From positions 310,001 to 374,000 of the forward strand of contig RHPI01000810.1 in NCBI GenBank assembly GCA_009103225.1: a stretch of 64,000 bases of DNA. Direction: 5' to 3'. This DNA is from Chlorokybus atmophyticus (Eukaryota; Plantae; Mesostigma and Chlorokybus algae). Of this stretch, positions 26,386 to 37,792 are shown in pieces (the first letter of the stretch is position 1; each line of letters opens with the position of its first letter). Made by a program: the position numbers and the translations under genes. The notes below the pieces were generated by a model, which was given only the letters and a program-made list of their open reading frames with translations, was not told the origin of the DNA and did not search any database.

Positions 26386-26959
26386 CCGCAAGCTAGCCCC
26401 GTGTTGTATGCATACGATTGCTGCACATTGTTTGGCAGGCATTGGGTGCAATTGACATACTCTGTATGCGAAACCTTAACAAACCTTAACAAACCTTAAC
26501 AACTATTGTGAATTGTCGAGCTTTCACTGTGATGATGCAATACGCGCATTGCAGCAGTTGCATCATGTCCGTCCTGTACCGTTTGTCTGCCTCAGCAATA
26601 GATAACATCTTGCAATCTGAGCAGAATCTGATTGGGGTAGGCCTCAGCGCTTGCTTTGCTATGTAACAGCCACATCGGCAACCAACAGGCTTTTGGCCTC
26701 CTCGCTTTTGCTCATCAACATCGCAAGTGCGTAACAGCCTCTCCCCACGCATTATAGAGGCAGAGGCTGCCATTGCTCTCTCTCAGCACCCGCACGAGAA
26801 GCCCCTTCCCTTCCCTTCCCTTCCCTTTGCAGGATGCTTTGCAGTCGCGGCAACACCCACTCCTGCTCCCTTCCTTCTGTGCTGCTAGTGCCTGAGCTTG
26901 TTGCTAGTCCATGCCAGTCCACACATGCCAACTGCAGGGCTGCCTTCTTGTCATTGCTG

Positions 26960-27868
26960 TTATTCTTCCTCTGGACTCCCTCCAGGAACAAGCTGCGCAC
27001 GAGCAGGAAGTCGTTTCAACCCATGACACAGTACAAAGACTTGAGACGGTTGCATGCAGGGAATGGCAGCATCGGACTTACGACAGCAATGTTGTTGCCG
27101 TTGAGCAGGATCTGGTCCAGCTTGGTGACTCTCCGCCCCTCCGCCGTGATCTCACTGTCGCAACATCAACAACAACAACAACAAACTGTTCAGTCGGTGC
27201 CAAGCACACAGCCATGACAGCAGTTGCGTGCGTCTTTGGGTTGCATGCAAACAACAGTCGCCACAACCAGTTTATTAATCTCTTATTGTTCCCAACACTC
27301 AACCATCTGCAAGTGCTTGCATACATTCGACATGTGCGCGATGTGCGTCAAGACAACTACAACTGCGCATGCACCCTTGCAATTCCACGAACCCAAGTAT
27401 GTCATAAAAGTGCGCCTGCTCAAATATCTGTTGCACATGCTTGAAGAAGTTGAGAACAAGCAAGCAGTGAGCCGCCATGCACAGACAGACAAAACCAAGC
27501 ACAAACAACACACGTAAACAAGAACACGCACACATGCGCAATGCATGGCAACAGGTGGCGTGCAAGCTTACTATTCTGTGACGTCCTCCAGGACCATGTT
27601 GACGTAGACATCGAACCCTCTAAGCGTGCCCACCAGCTCCTTGTCGCCCTTCATGATCACCCAGATTTTCGACCCAATGCACCGATCTATCAGCTCTGCG
27701 CACACACACAGTCGTCATCCGTTACACTCAACTTGTTTCTGGTCGCATGGAGTAGCCAAGTGCATGCACTACTGCACCCATTCTCAGTGCATTGTTATCG
27801 ACTGTCGGGGTGCAAGGAGACAAGTCCGCACCTGACGGAAGCAAATGGCTGGGGTTTTGGTTCGCCAT
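26960..27868 (-). CDS. LSM5: U6 snRNA-associated Sm-like protein LSM5 (4 exons)
   Basis: Spliced [12 protein letters not shown]|[41 protein letters not shown]|[25 protein letters not shown]|[10 protein letters not shown]. Confidence 0.96.
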
Positions 27869-28161
27869 GCTGGAGTATCACCGTGCTGTCCTTTGCTGTA
27901 GCGGCGGGGGCGGCGGCGGCGATAACGCCGACAACGCCGCCAACAACGGCAGCAACCCGGGCATAAAGCTCTCTAAAACCCTAATTACGATGCTGAGCCG
28001 TGATTTGAACGGCAGGAGGCATCGTGTCTGGGTTACAGCAGTCCCACACCCGTTGTGCGCAAGCAGGCTGTGCAGATTCAAACTTGGCGGCAGCGGCGGT
28101 GACGCCCGCAAGGGCAGAGGCGGAGGCGGCGGGGAGGACGAAGGCGGAGCTGAATGCGGTC

Positions 28162-31100
28162 ATGGATGCATTGGTGAAAGATGACAAACAAAACGAGGGG
28201 CGTGATATCCCTGCTTCAGTGCCAAAGCACGGGCACGAACAAGACGACGTGTGGGCCAAACTGTCTGCAGCCGGCCGCGCCCACAGAGTGAGTTACCCCT
28301 TCACCTCTCACCACCCATCACCCTCAACCCCCCAACCACACCAACTTTCTTCCTTCACACACCGTCGCTGTGATGATGGCGATGACTGTCTCCATTCCCC
28401 GACAGGGTGCTCTGGCGGCGCTGGCGCAGGCGCAGCGGGCGGCCGCGGGTGAGGCGGAGGGGATACGCAGGCGAGCGCGGGAGGGGGCGGGAAAGACCAA
28501 GATGATGCGAGAGAGAGCGAAGGTGAGTGGCGCATGCACGTACGCAAGTATTATTCCTCATTTGCATGCGTGTACGCATGCACATGCTCGCATGACTGCC
28601 CGCATGTATTATTCCCCCACACACACTTGCGCATATGGACTCTTCGTTATTGTCAGGATCATCATCCCTAACCCTAACATCACTTACCATCACCACCATC
28701 ATCATTTAGCATCGTCACCATCACCACTAACCTCACAATCGTCACTGCCATTCTCATCACCTTCACCCCGACTTGCAAGCATGCTACTGCTGTAATCCGG
28801 TCCAGTTCAGCATTCATCGACTTTTACATGCACGCACGCATCCGCACAGTGTACATGCATTCACAACCCGCACATGTTCCTAGCCTCAACGCTCCTCCTC
28901 CTCCTCTTCCTCTTCTATCACAGGCGCTGCTGAGTCGCACCATCGCACCATTGCTCGCAAATCATGCACCGCCGCCGTCCGCCATCAGCCAAGGCTCTCT
29001 TTCCAATTGCAGTGGCATGATGAGAGACGAAGATGACGATGAGGTAAGCAATGCCAACGACACGTAGCACGGCCACAGCCTTGCGTGCTAGCCAATATCT
29101 AAATGAATCGGCTGCCAGGGCCAAGCGGTGCTGCAATCGGGGAGGATGAGTAGTACCTCACCTCGCCCGCAGCACACGGTTGAGGCCTGCGAGAGCCCAA
29201 CCCAACAGGATTGGGACACGCCACCTGCTGCCAGCTGTGCATCGACAACAACTGCGGGCAGCGGCCAAGAAGAACTCAAACGTGAGGAAAGACCCAACAC
29301 AATGATAGGAAGTCCGAGACAGTTGCAGAAGTCTCCTCATGCGGTGTCTCCCACAGCCTCAAACGCAGGTCCTTCACGATGTCCTTGTATAGCTTCAGCG
29401 CCAACACAACAACAGAGCCCCGCACGTGAGACCGCTGTACGCGAACCTGCCACATGCGTGAGCACAGCTGATGGTGCCGCGACACCTGCACGGGACTGCG
29501 CTGAAGCAGCTTTACCGGACCGTACGTTTGGTGTTGACGATGATGGCAGTGGGAACCTGCGCTTTGTGAATACAAGTCACCACAGCGCTTGCGTTGTCAT
29601 TGAGAGTGATGATGATGACGACACTACTGTTGTTAGAAGTGACGACAGCGGTGGCATGCGTAGTGGTGACCCTTGTGAGCCGTGCCAGCTGGAGTTAGAA
29701 CTTAACGAACAGCTTGAGCGTGAAGATGAAGATGTCAACCAGGTGCGCGAGTTGAGACACACGCTTGAGTGTGCATGTACAATACGCAAGTTGACTCTGT
29801 AGGTGTGCAAGTGCAGGGCTTCACCAGTAGGGACAGTCCCGCATCAACCCAACAACAAGCTAAGAGACAGCCTGATGACAACCTGCCAAAGCTGGCGACC
29901 TTTCTAACCTCTCCTTCATGCGAAGCGGCGCACACGCATCCCATCCCAGAGCCATCGTGTGTCGAAGTCCTGCATTCTCAGAGTCCACCTCCTCACATTG
30001 GCGTGACGGATGCGTGCCATACGTGCACACGAGCTCAACCGTGCCCACAAGACGTGGATGATGATCGTGCGAGCGTAGGCAGCCCGGTACCCAGCCCTTC
30101 TGCGAGTCTTTCGATGATGCGATGCGAAAGCCGTGGTGACATGTCGATGCCGACAATGCTTAAGAATGATAAGGGCGAGTGTGTTGATGGCGGGTGCGTG
30201 GAGCCGCTGGAGTGCCGCCCGCTGGAGTTCAGCTGCAGCAGAGCAGCAGCGAGAGAAGGTGGCGGTGATGAGGTACGTGACCACCCACAGAACATAGCCA
30301 CACTTGAGACTCGTACTGCATCATCACCACATGCTTGCAGCATGAATGCAACGGCACGGGTTTTGCTAACAACCGACTCGGTCGGCTCTGTCAGGGCCTT
30401 ATTGAAGCCACTACTCCGCAATCAGAGAACACAGAGCGACACAACTCAGTGCAAGGAAGGAGAACGAGCTCCTCCTCGGCTCACCCGCAGCACACACTTG
30501 TGCAAGCGCTAGCAGGGAGCCCAACCGAACAACTACAACAAGTTTGCGAAACACCCGCAAGCTGCGCGTCAACGCCAAGAGTTGTGACGAGTTCCGACAC
30601 GCTGTCGAGTGCCAGCAGCACACGCAAGGAGGAGGAGGACGAGGAGGAATGTCCCAACCTAACAGTGGACTTGCCGGGACAATCGGAGATGTGTTGTCAT
30701 CAAGCTTCGGGCAGCCATGAGCAGAAGTCTCCTCCTTCTGCGGTGTCCCCCGCATCATCACACGCAAGTGTAGATCGTCGCACACGCTCTTCAACTCCAT
30801 GCGTGGCCACGTCGTATGGTGCCACCACACCTGTAATTACTCACATCGTGGCCACGCCGGGCGCAGAGTCTGATGACGGTAGCAGCGAAGACTGCCTACG
30901 CTTTGCAACTACGAGCCGGCGAACTGCTCGCGTCGTCATTGAGAGTGATACCGACGATGATATCGATGGTGATGTGGTTGATGAAAGTGGAGATGGTAGT
31001 TGCGCGGGCGATGGTGGCGCTTGCGAGCCGTGCAAGCTGGAGTTGAGACTGGTCGGCGGTGAGCCTGAGCGAGAAGGTGAAGGTGTGGACGATCAGGTGC

Positions 31101-33661
31101 GTGACAACATACGCGCTTGTCTGCATGAAGTTGCGCATACCTGGCATACGTATTACGTGTACATGGCTGCGAGTGCTACAAGCATGGTGACTCTCCATGT
31201 GTTTCCAGGACTCAGTCGATGATGGTGATGTCATTCCCGCTTCAATCCAAACGCACGCCAGGATGCACAGTGAGCACGATTCAGGCCAAGAGGGAGAGAG
31301 CACCTCTTCACCTCCTTCTCCTTCATCTGATGAGCTCACGCAACCTGAGCCAAACTCGAGTCCTGTATCTATCAAAGCCCAACCCGCGCTCGCTTCCTCG
31401 CAAATAAGTCCTCCTGTATGCACTCCAGCCCCCAAGTCCGGTTCCTGTTCCCGCCGTCACGTTGTGGGACGGTGTGTTCACTACTCCGTTGACAGCAGCT
31501 CTTCCTCAAACGACAACGGCGGCGTGCGCTTCACGAGAGGCACCACCCGGCGAACGGCAGCGCGTGTGGTGGTGAGCAGCGACGACGATGAGGATCATCA
31601 GGACGGTGAGGACAACAAGGAGGATGCCAGCTGTGTCATCAACGGATCCTTCTCATCGCCTCAACCGGTGCGCCAGCTGGCATTCGAGCTGGGCGGTGAG
31701 AGAGATCAGACAGAGTTGGGTGTCACCAAGCAGCAGGGGTGAGTGGTTGTGCGTTGCAAGCGTTTGATTGGATGTGGTTGTTGTGGTGTAGGTCTTACGC
31801 GGTGTGTACACAATTGTGACTGCGTGCAGGAGTCCTGTCCCAGAACCGAGAACACCTTCTGTACAGAAGAAAGATAACAACAGCGCGCACGCGGTGTACG
31901 AGTGGTGTAGCTCTGATGACGATAGCAACATCAACAACATGCCGTTGCACCAACAAGCAGGTTTGACTTCCGGACGCACGCACACACGCACGTGCACACT
32001 GCTTGTATAATCTGAACCAACGCGAGCAGTACACAATCCAGGAAAGTGCAGCTAAAGTCAAAACCAAAACCAACCTTTCTACCTGTTACACCTTGCCTCA
32101 GGTGCACGCACGGTCCTGAAGCCCATCCCTCACCATCTCCCTCGCTCCGTCCTCCCTCGCCATCGCTCCCAACCACGAACAAGTGTCATCACCACCTCAT
32201 CGGGGTTGTCGAAGCGGGAGTTCGTGGCGAGGCGGGAGGGCCTGGCGGCGGAGCTGCTGGCAGAGTTCAACGCGAGGGTGTTCGGGGGGAGGTTGCCGTG
32301 TGGCTTGGAGGTGAGGTGGAACAAGGGGATGCAGACAACGGCGGGGGTGACGAGGTTGCAAAGAAGGAGTAAGGTGAGGGAGTGAGATTGAGAGGGTAGA
32401 GCGTGCTGCTGCTGCTGGCTGTTTGTGTGCGCACGTGCGTGCGTGCGTGCGCGCGTGCTTGCACTGGTGCGTGCGTGCGCGCGTGGGTGCGTGGGTGCGT
32501 GCGTGCGTGCGTGCGTGCGTGGGTGCGTGCGTGCACGTGCGCATGTGTGAGTGGGTGTACCTGCTCATTTGTATGTGCATGAGTGTGTTTTGTGCCCAGT
32601 CGGAAGCATGCTTGCAGGATGGACGCGAAGAGTACACGGCGCACGTGGAGCTCTCCATCAAAGTTGTGGACAACCCAGGTAAGACAACCAGCAACTTGCA
32701 CGCCATGGTAAAGCAGCTGCTGCGCAAGCTCATACGCTATGTGGTGCGCCATACTTACCAAACTTAACTGCTCAGACAGGTTGCGAAGCACGCTCTGCCA
32801 TGAGCTGTGTCATGTGGCCGCATGGGTGATTGATCACACGGCCAAACCGCCGCACGGGCCAGCTTTCAAGAAATGGTCGGCTCATGCTGCATTGGCTGAC
32901 TTCTTTGCACCTCAACAGCAACAGTATGCGCACTCGTGTTACTCTTCCGCTCAGCATCCATGTATGTGTGTATGCAGGGCTTATGAGGCAAGCCGAACGT
33001 ACCCGGATCTCAATGTGACCACATGTCACAACTATGAGATCGAGTACAAGTACCAGTATCAGTGCACAAGCGCGTGGTGCCAGAAGATGTAAGTTTCCCA
33101 CATTGTGTGTATGCACGCGTCTGTGTGTAGGTGCGTGTGTGTGTGCGCGTGTGCGAGTTGGTGTATCCATGCACGTGTGTGTGACAGGTCTAGCGTGCTT
33201 CCTGACTGTGATGACATTTTGGATGTGATGTTGGTGTTGTCTCGCTTCACGCGTAATGAGTGGTATTTTGCGGTATCCTGCAGCATTGGGCGCCATTCCA
33301 AGTCGATAGACATGGAGTTGCAGCGGTGCGGTTGGTGCGGCGGGGTGCTCAAGCTTAGAGAACGTTTGCGTGTGGATGGCACGCCTGTCAAGAGCCGCGC
33401 CGCATCGGAGTTTAGTCTCTATGTCAAGGTGCGTGTTGGTGTCTGCATCGGATTTCGCAATAAAACAGTTGCTCTGATGAGTAACAAGCAGTTGATACAG
33501 ATGCGCGTGTGTGCGTGCATGTGTTTAACGTTGAGTGGGCGTGTTTTTGTGTGCAGGAGAAGTATGCAACGGTGCGCACAGCTGGCACGCCGCACAAGGA
33601 GGCCATGCGCAAGATTGCGGACTCCTGGAAACAGCGCAAGGCCCTGACTGTTGTTAACTGA
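28162..33661 (+). CDS. GCNA/ACRC-like SprT metalloprotease: long acidic disordered region + SprT + Zn finger + HMG-like box; start codon uncertain
   Basis: LLAEFNARVFGGRLP...WNKGMQTTAG; ELSIKVVD; RLRSTLCHELCHVAAW (HExxH); HGPAFKKW; VTTCHNYEIEYKYQYQCTSAWC; GRHSKSID...RCGWCGGVL; FSLYVK|EKYATVR...HKEAMRKIADSWK. Confidence 0.85.
32424..32545. repeat. Intronic (GTGC)n-type microsatellite
   Basis: Run of gtgc/gcgt units inside a SprT-gene intron. Confidence 0.85.
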
Positions 33662-34709
33662 GACATCTAAAACAATGGCCCGTACACGTGTATTTAAGGG
33701 TGTTATTTTCGCGGTACATTCAGCACATGCAGATTGTGTACTATTGTACTATGATGGACAGCGCACACAGAATGTTGTCACAGCAGATGCTTGCACTGCT
33801 GGCCATTACGGCAAGAAGCGGACATTCGCTGCAGTAGTCAAATGTATAGTGTTGCTGTATTTATGCAGGATGAGCAAGCACGTTGCGCTGTGACAGTGGA
33901 ATATCCTTTACATCTTGAGCAAATCAACAAATCAATATCTTGCCACAAGCAGCAGCTACTTACTTAATCACGGTTACCACAGCCACAGTGCAGGTAATCG
34001 GGCTGACTGTGCAATGCATGCATGACTAACGGGGCAGGCAGGTAGAGGTAGTGAATCGTAGATAGCTGTAGCCCGGTGGTGAGTTGGTTGTATGAGTGGT
34101 GACGGCTGCCTGCAGATGCTGTTTGCTTGACACCATGCATGTTGCTGTGTGCTTCATACCATGCCTGTGTTTATTCTAGCATACCATCTTTTGTACACAC
34201 GTGTGACTGAGCACACATGCTTGTGGTGGTCTATATTGCTTTGGTTGTTGTGTGTCTGCTTGTTTGCTTGTGGCCCCTCTGTTATACCCTATGCACTCAC
34301 AGTGTGAAGAATATATGCAATGCGTCGTAGCTTATGCAGCATAAGTTATGCAACATGTACCATTGGTAATTTATTTGGTGAGGCTGATGCCACTGGAAGG
34401 TTGCAAAGCTCTGGTGAAATTGAGCAGCATTCCCAACCGAATTGCGAGCTGTTGACCGGGACAACTTGCAAATGATAGCTTGATTCAAAACAACTCTGGC
34501 TGTGCTATTTTGTGTGCATATAACACTTGCATTCGCTGATGCTCTCCACTTATCTCCCTGCTAATGCGAGGCAACTTTTGGACCAATGTGTCTTTTTTGT
34601 CACTGCTGCGCACTTGAGCACAATGCATCACGTTACAGGTTGATTGCTTCTATCGATTGTAGCACCAGCTGCAACTCAGAATCATAGCTTGTCGCTCCGG
34701 TCGTCAATA

Positions 34710-37633
34710 TCATGATGTTGGCAAACCCAACCGGCACACTGGATTGCTCTTTATCATTGATAAGTTGACCTGCGCAGATCCCAATGTTGGAAAACTGCGA
34801 GTCAAAGCAGGCCTTGATGGTGGCATTGATGCTTGCGTACAGAATGATGTGAGCATATGAGCATATTGCCACAGCAAGAGGCTCACCTTGTGTCCAAACA
34901 GGTCGCGAATGTTCTCGACATTGTACAGTATCATCGTCGGCCTGCAAGCAAGTAGCAGGCTCAGCCTTCGCACAATGCTATGCCAAGGTAACAGCATTCC
35001 TGCACACACATGCTTCCTGACTTACCTTTCGAGCCCAAGGCCCCAAGCGATGACATTCACGTCATCCGGGAGACCCATCGGCCTTAGCATCTCCGGCCGA
35101 AACATGCCCGAGTTCCCAACCTCAACCCACTTCTTGAGCAGAGGGTGCCACGCGAAGATCTCCATGCTCGGCTCCGTGTACGGGTTGTACGCGGGCTTGA
35201 AACGCAGCTGCTTCATGCCTTGCAGTACAGCACAGCAACTGTCAGCAACTGAACCTGGCCTGCCAACACCAACATATCGACATGCATATGCACAATCATT
35301 ACTGCCGAGAAAGACACACCTAACCGTTCAAAGAACTGCGCAAGAGTGCCAATCAGATCCGCCAGCGTCACACCCTTGTCGCAAATGACACCTGGGCCAG
35401 GGTTGACACGACACTACAAAGCTGAGAGTTTTGTCTGGCAGGAGCTGAACACTGAGTGCAAAGGCCATGTACTGACCTTCAATCTGGTGGAACTCTGCCA
35501 AGTGAGTCCTGTCCACATGCTCGTTGCGAAACACTCTGTCGATAGAGAAGAACTTCGCTGGCCTGAAGCCACTCTGCAGCGCGCAAGTGATGTTGCTATG
35601 GGCACAAGATACGCATGAGCCGAGCTCAAAACCAAACAAGGAAGCCCGGCTTGAGCGTGCTTGAGTAACTGAGTGGCGCAGTGCACACGTAGACACAATA
35701 AGTGCGGTGACTAACCTGCGCTAGTCTATAAAGCATGCGCGATGAAACAGCTGTCGTGTGCGTGCGAAGCAGGTTTTTGAACGCCTCGGTGCGCTTCCAA
35801 GGCCCACCATACCTGGCATGAAACTTAGGTGCATGAGAACATGCACGCGCACGGCTCAACTGCACCAACTGTGCGTGTAGCGTACCCAACTGAGCCATAG
35901 CCCCCAGTCTGATGCACTTCCTTTACTCGTTGCAAGTAGTCTTCAGGCACAGAGTTGGTCTTTGAGGGTGCTGCAAACAAAAGGCATCAAAGAAATAGTC
36001 AGGTTGCTGATTTACCAATGGAGATGATGCGACTGGCCACAGACCTGACAAGAAGAAGGTGTCGTGGGCGTCGCGAGCGGGGTGCATTTGGGGCTGGAAC
36101 AGCGCGTCAAAGTTCCAAAAACTGCTCTCTACAAAGTTGTTGGTGGGCATCTCCTCGAAGCTGCATAACAATTGTTGATGGGTGGCTTTTGTCCATCACC
36201 AACACTATGCTAGCTCACAAATTCAGCTCACAAGCATACCCCATCTCTAGGAAAATCTCCCGGAACTGCCTGCGCACCTGGCGGCAAACATGTGAGTATC
36301 GCTTTTTATGTGCATGTAAGTAAGTAACTGTTGTCAACAGGCAAAGTCGACTGCAAGCGCTGCCCATCTGCGCCTTCAACTGACAACGCAGCATTCAGTT
36401 ACCTTCAGCAGTGGATGCAAGTGCCCACCCGTGGTTGGCAGCCCCAACGCGTCAAAGTTGTAGTCTTTGAATGCAGCTGTTTTCCAGGCACCGCTGCGTG
36501 GTCATGACAATCAGCACGGCTACAGGAGGACTCCGTACTCCCCAACGTGACGTCAACTCCCTACCTTGCCATCATTTCTGCTGTGAGGTCCGTCGCAGGT
36601 TTCACCAGCTTGAGGGCAAACTTGGGACCCTTGACCAGGCTGTACACCTTTGTGATTCTGTGGAGCGCGCAGCAGTTAGATATGCAGCATTACGGCTCAC
36701 ACATACTCCTAACAAGCATTGTAAATCTAGAGACAGAGCTGCGTGTCGTATCACAACGAGTGAGTTCACGGCAGCCAATCAGACGACCACATGTTGCTTA
36801 CTCCATTGTAATCAGTTTCCTCTTTTTGCTGAGGTAGTCCAAATCTGCTTGCGCCACCTCCTGCAAATGTGCATGCAATGTAAACAACGGGGGAAGAAGA
36901 CTTGCATAGACATGCAGAGTGCTGATAGTTGCGCTGTAAAACACCTTAACTTCATGTGGCAATGTGACTTAAACGCTGCTGATACCGCAACGACAAACAG
37001 GATAGGATCAACAAAATCAATTGCTTTATGTTTAGGCGCCTGCATGCAAGCTGTTTTACACGAAGCAATGTCCATGCATGTTGTGTAACAACATGCATGG
37101 ACAGGCTTGTAACTTGATGTTGTTCGCCTTGAACATGACAAAGACCAATGAAGATAGCATAGTGCTTATACCTCTCCATTCTGCACTGCCTGTAGTAGAT
37201 CCTTGCAGCGGTCCTCAACGGAGTCAACCTTGCGCAGTACCATGGGATCCTGGGACCCTGGGCGCTTCTCAATGCGAACCCACTTGTTCTGCATGGCCTG
37301 CTTGAACCCGATGTCGGCGGCCTCATGGCCGAGGGCGGAGCGAAGGTCCCCGAGGGAGGTGCCGGCATCGCCAGGGGCGACACCGGAGAAGAGCCGGGCC
37401 TCCGGAGAACCCTCCGCAGCGTAGCCCACCGCCTCCTTGGTGAGGACCCAGCGGCGGCGGTCCAGCTCCGTGTAGGCCAGCAGCTCAAAGCTGGCCAGGC
37501 GGCGGATGATGGGCACCAGGGCTGTCAAGTGATCCACGCCGATGGCAGCAGCCGCCTCGGAGCTATCGGCGATGGCGCCGTCTGGCGTCTCGTCCAGACG
37601 CCGAAGCAGCGCCTCCTCGAGCGCCTCCGCCAT
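34710..37633 (-). CDS. FARSA: Cytosolic phenylalanyl-tRNA synthetase alpha subunit, multi-exon
   Basis: [10 protein letters not shown]...EGSPEARLF...[10 protein letters not shown]; GGHLHPLLK; [36 protein letters not shown]; [10 protein letters not shown]; [27 protein letters not shown]; [15 protein letters not shown]; GLGLER; [15 protein letters not shown]. Confidence 0.96.
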
Positions 37634-37792
37634 TGCCGCCAACACCAGCGCTGCCACCGCCGCCGACGATGTGGTGCTAGTAAACGACGGACGATGCCGT
37701 TAGTGCATACAAGCTGTGGTACAGCCACTTTCAACGAGTAAGGTGACTGCCGTTGCGTTCATGTTGAATTCGTTGGTCAAGTACGAGCACAG

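Noticed and set aside
26471-26500. (AAACCTTAAC)x3 as a telomeric or functional repeat
   Set aside because: Only three units, does not match TTTAGGG, and lies in a 3' flank; ordinary slippage.
27867-28184. Real protein starting at the + strand ATG that shares CATG with the LSM5 start
   Set aside because: The product is Gly-rich with no homology cue and would need a 5' UTR overlapping LSM5 coding sequence; more likely chance.
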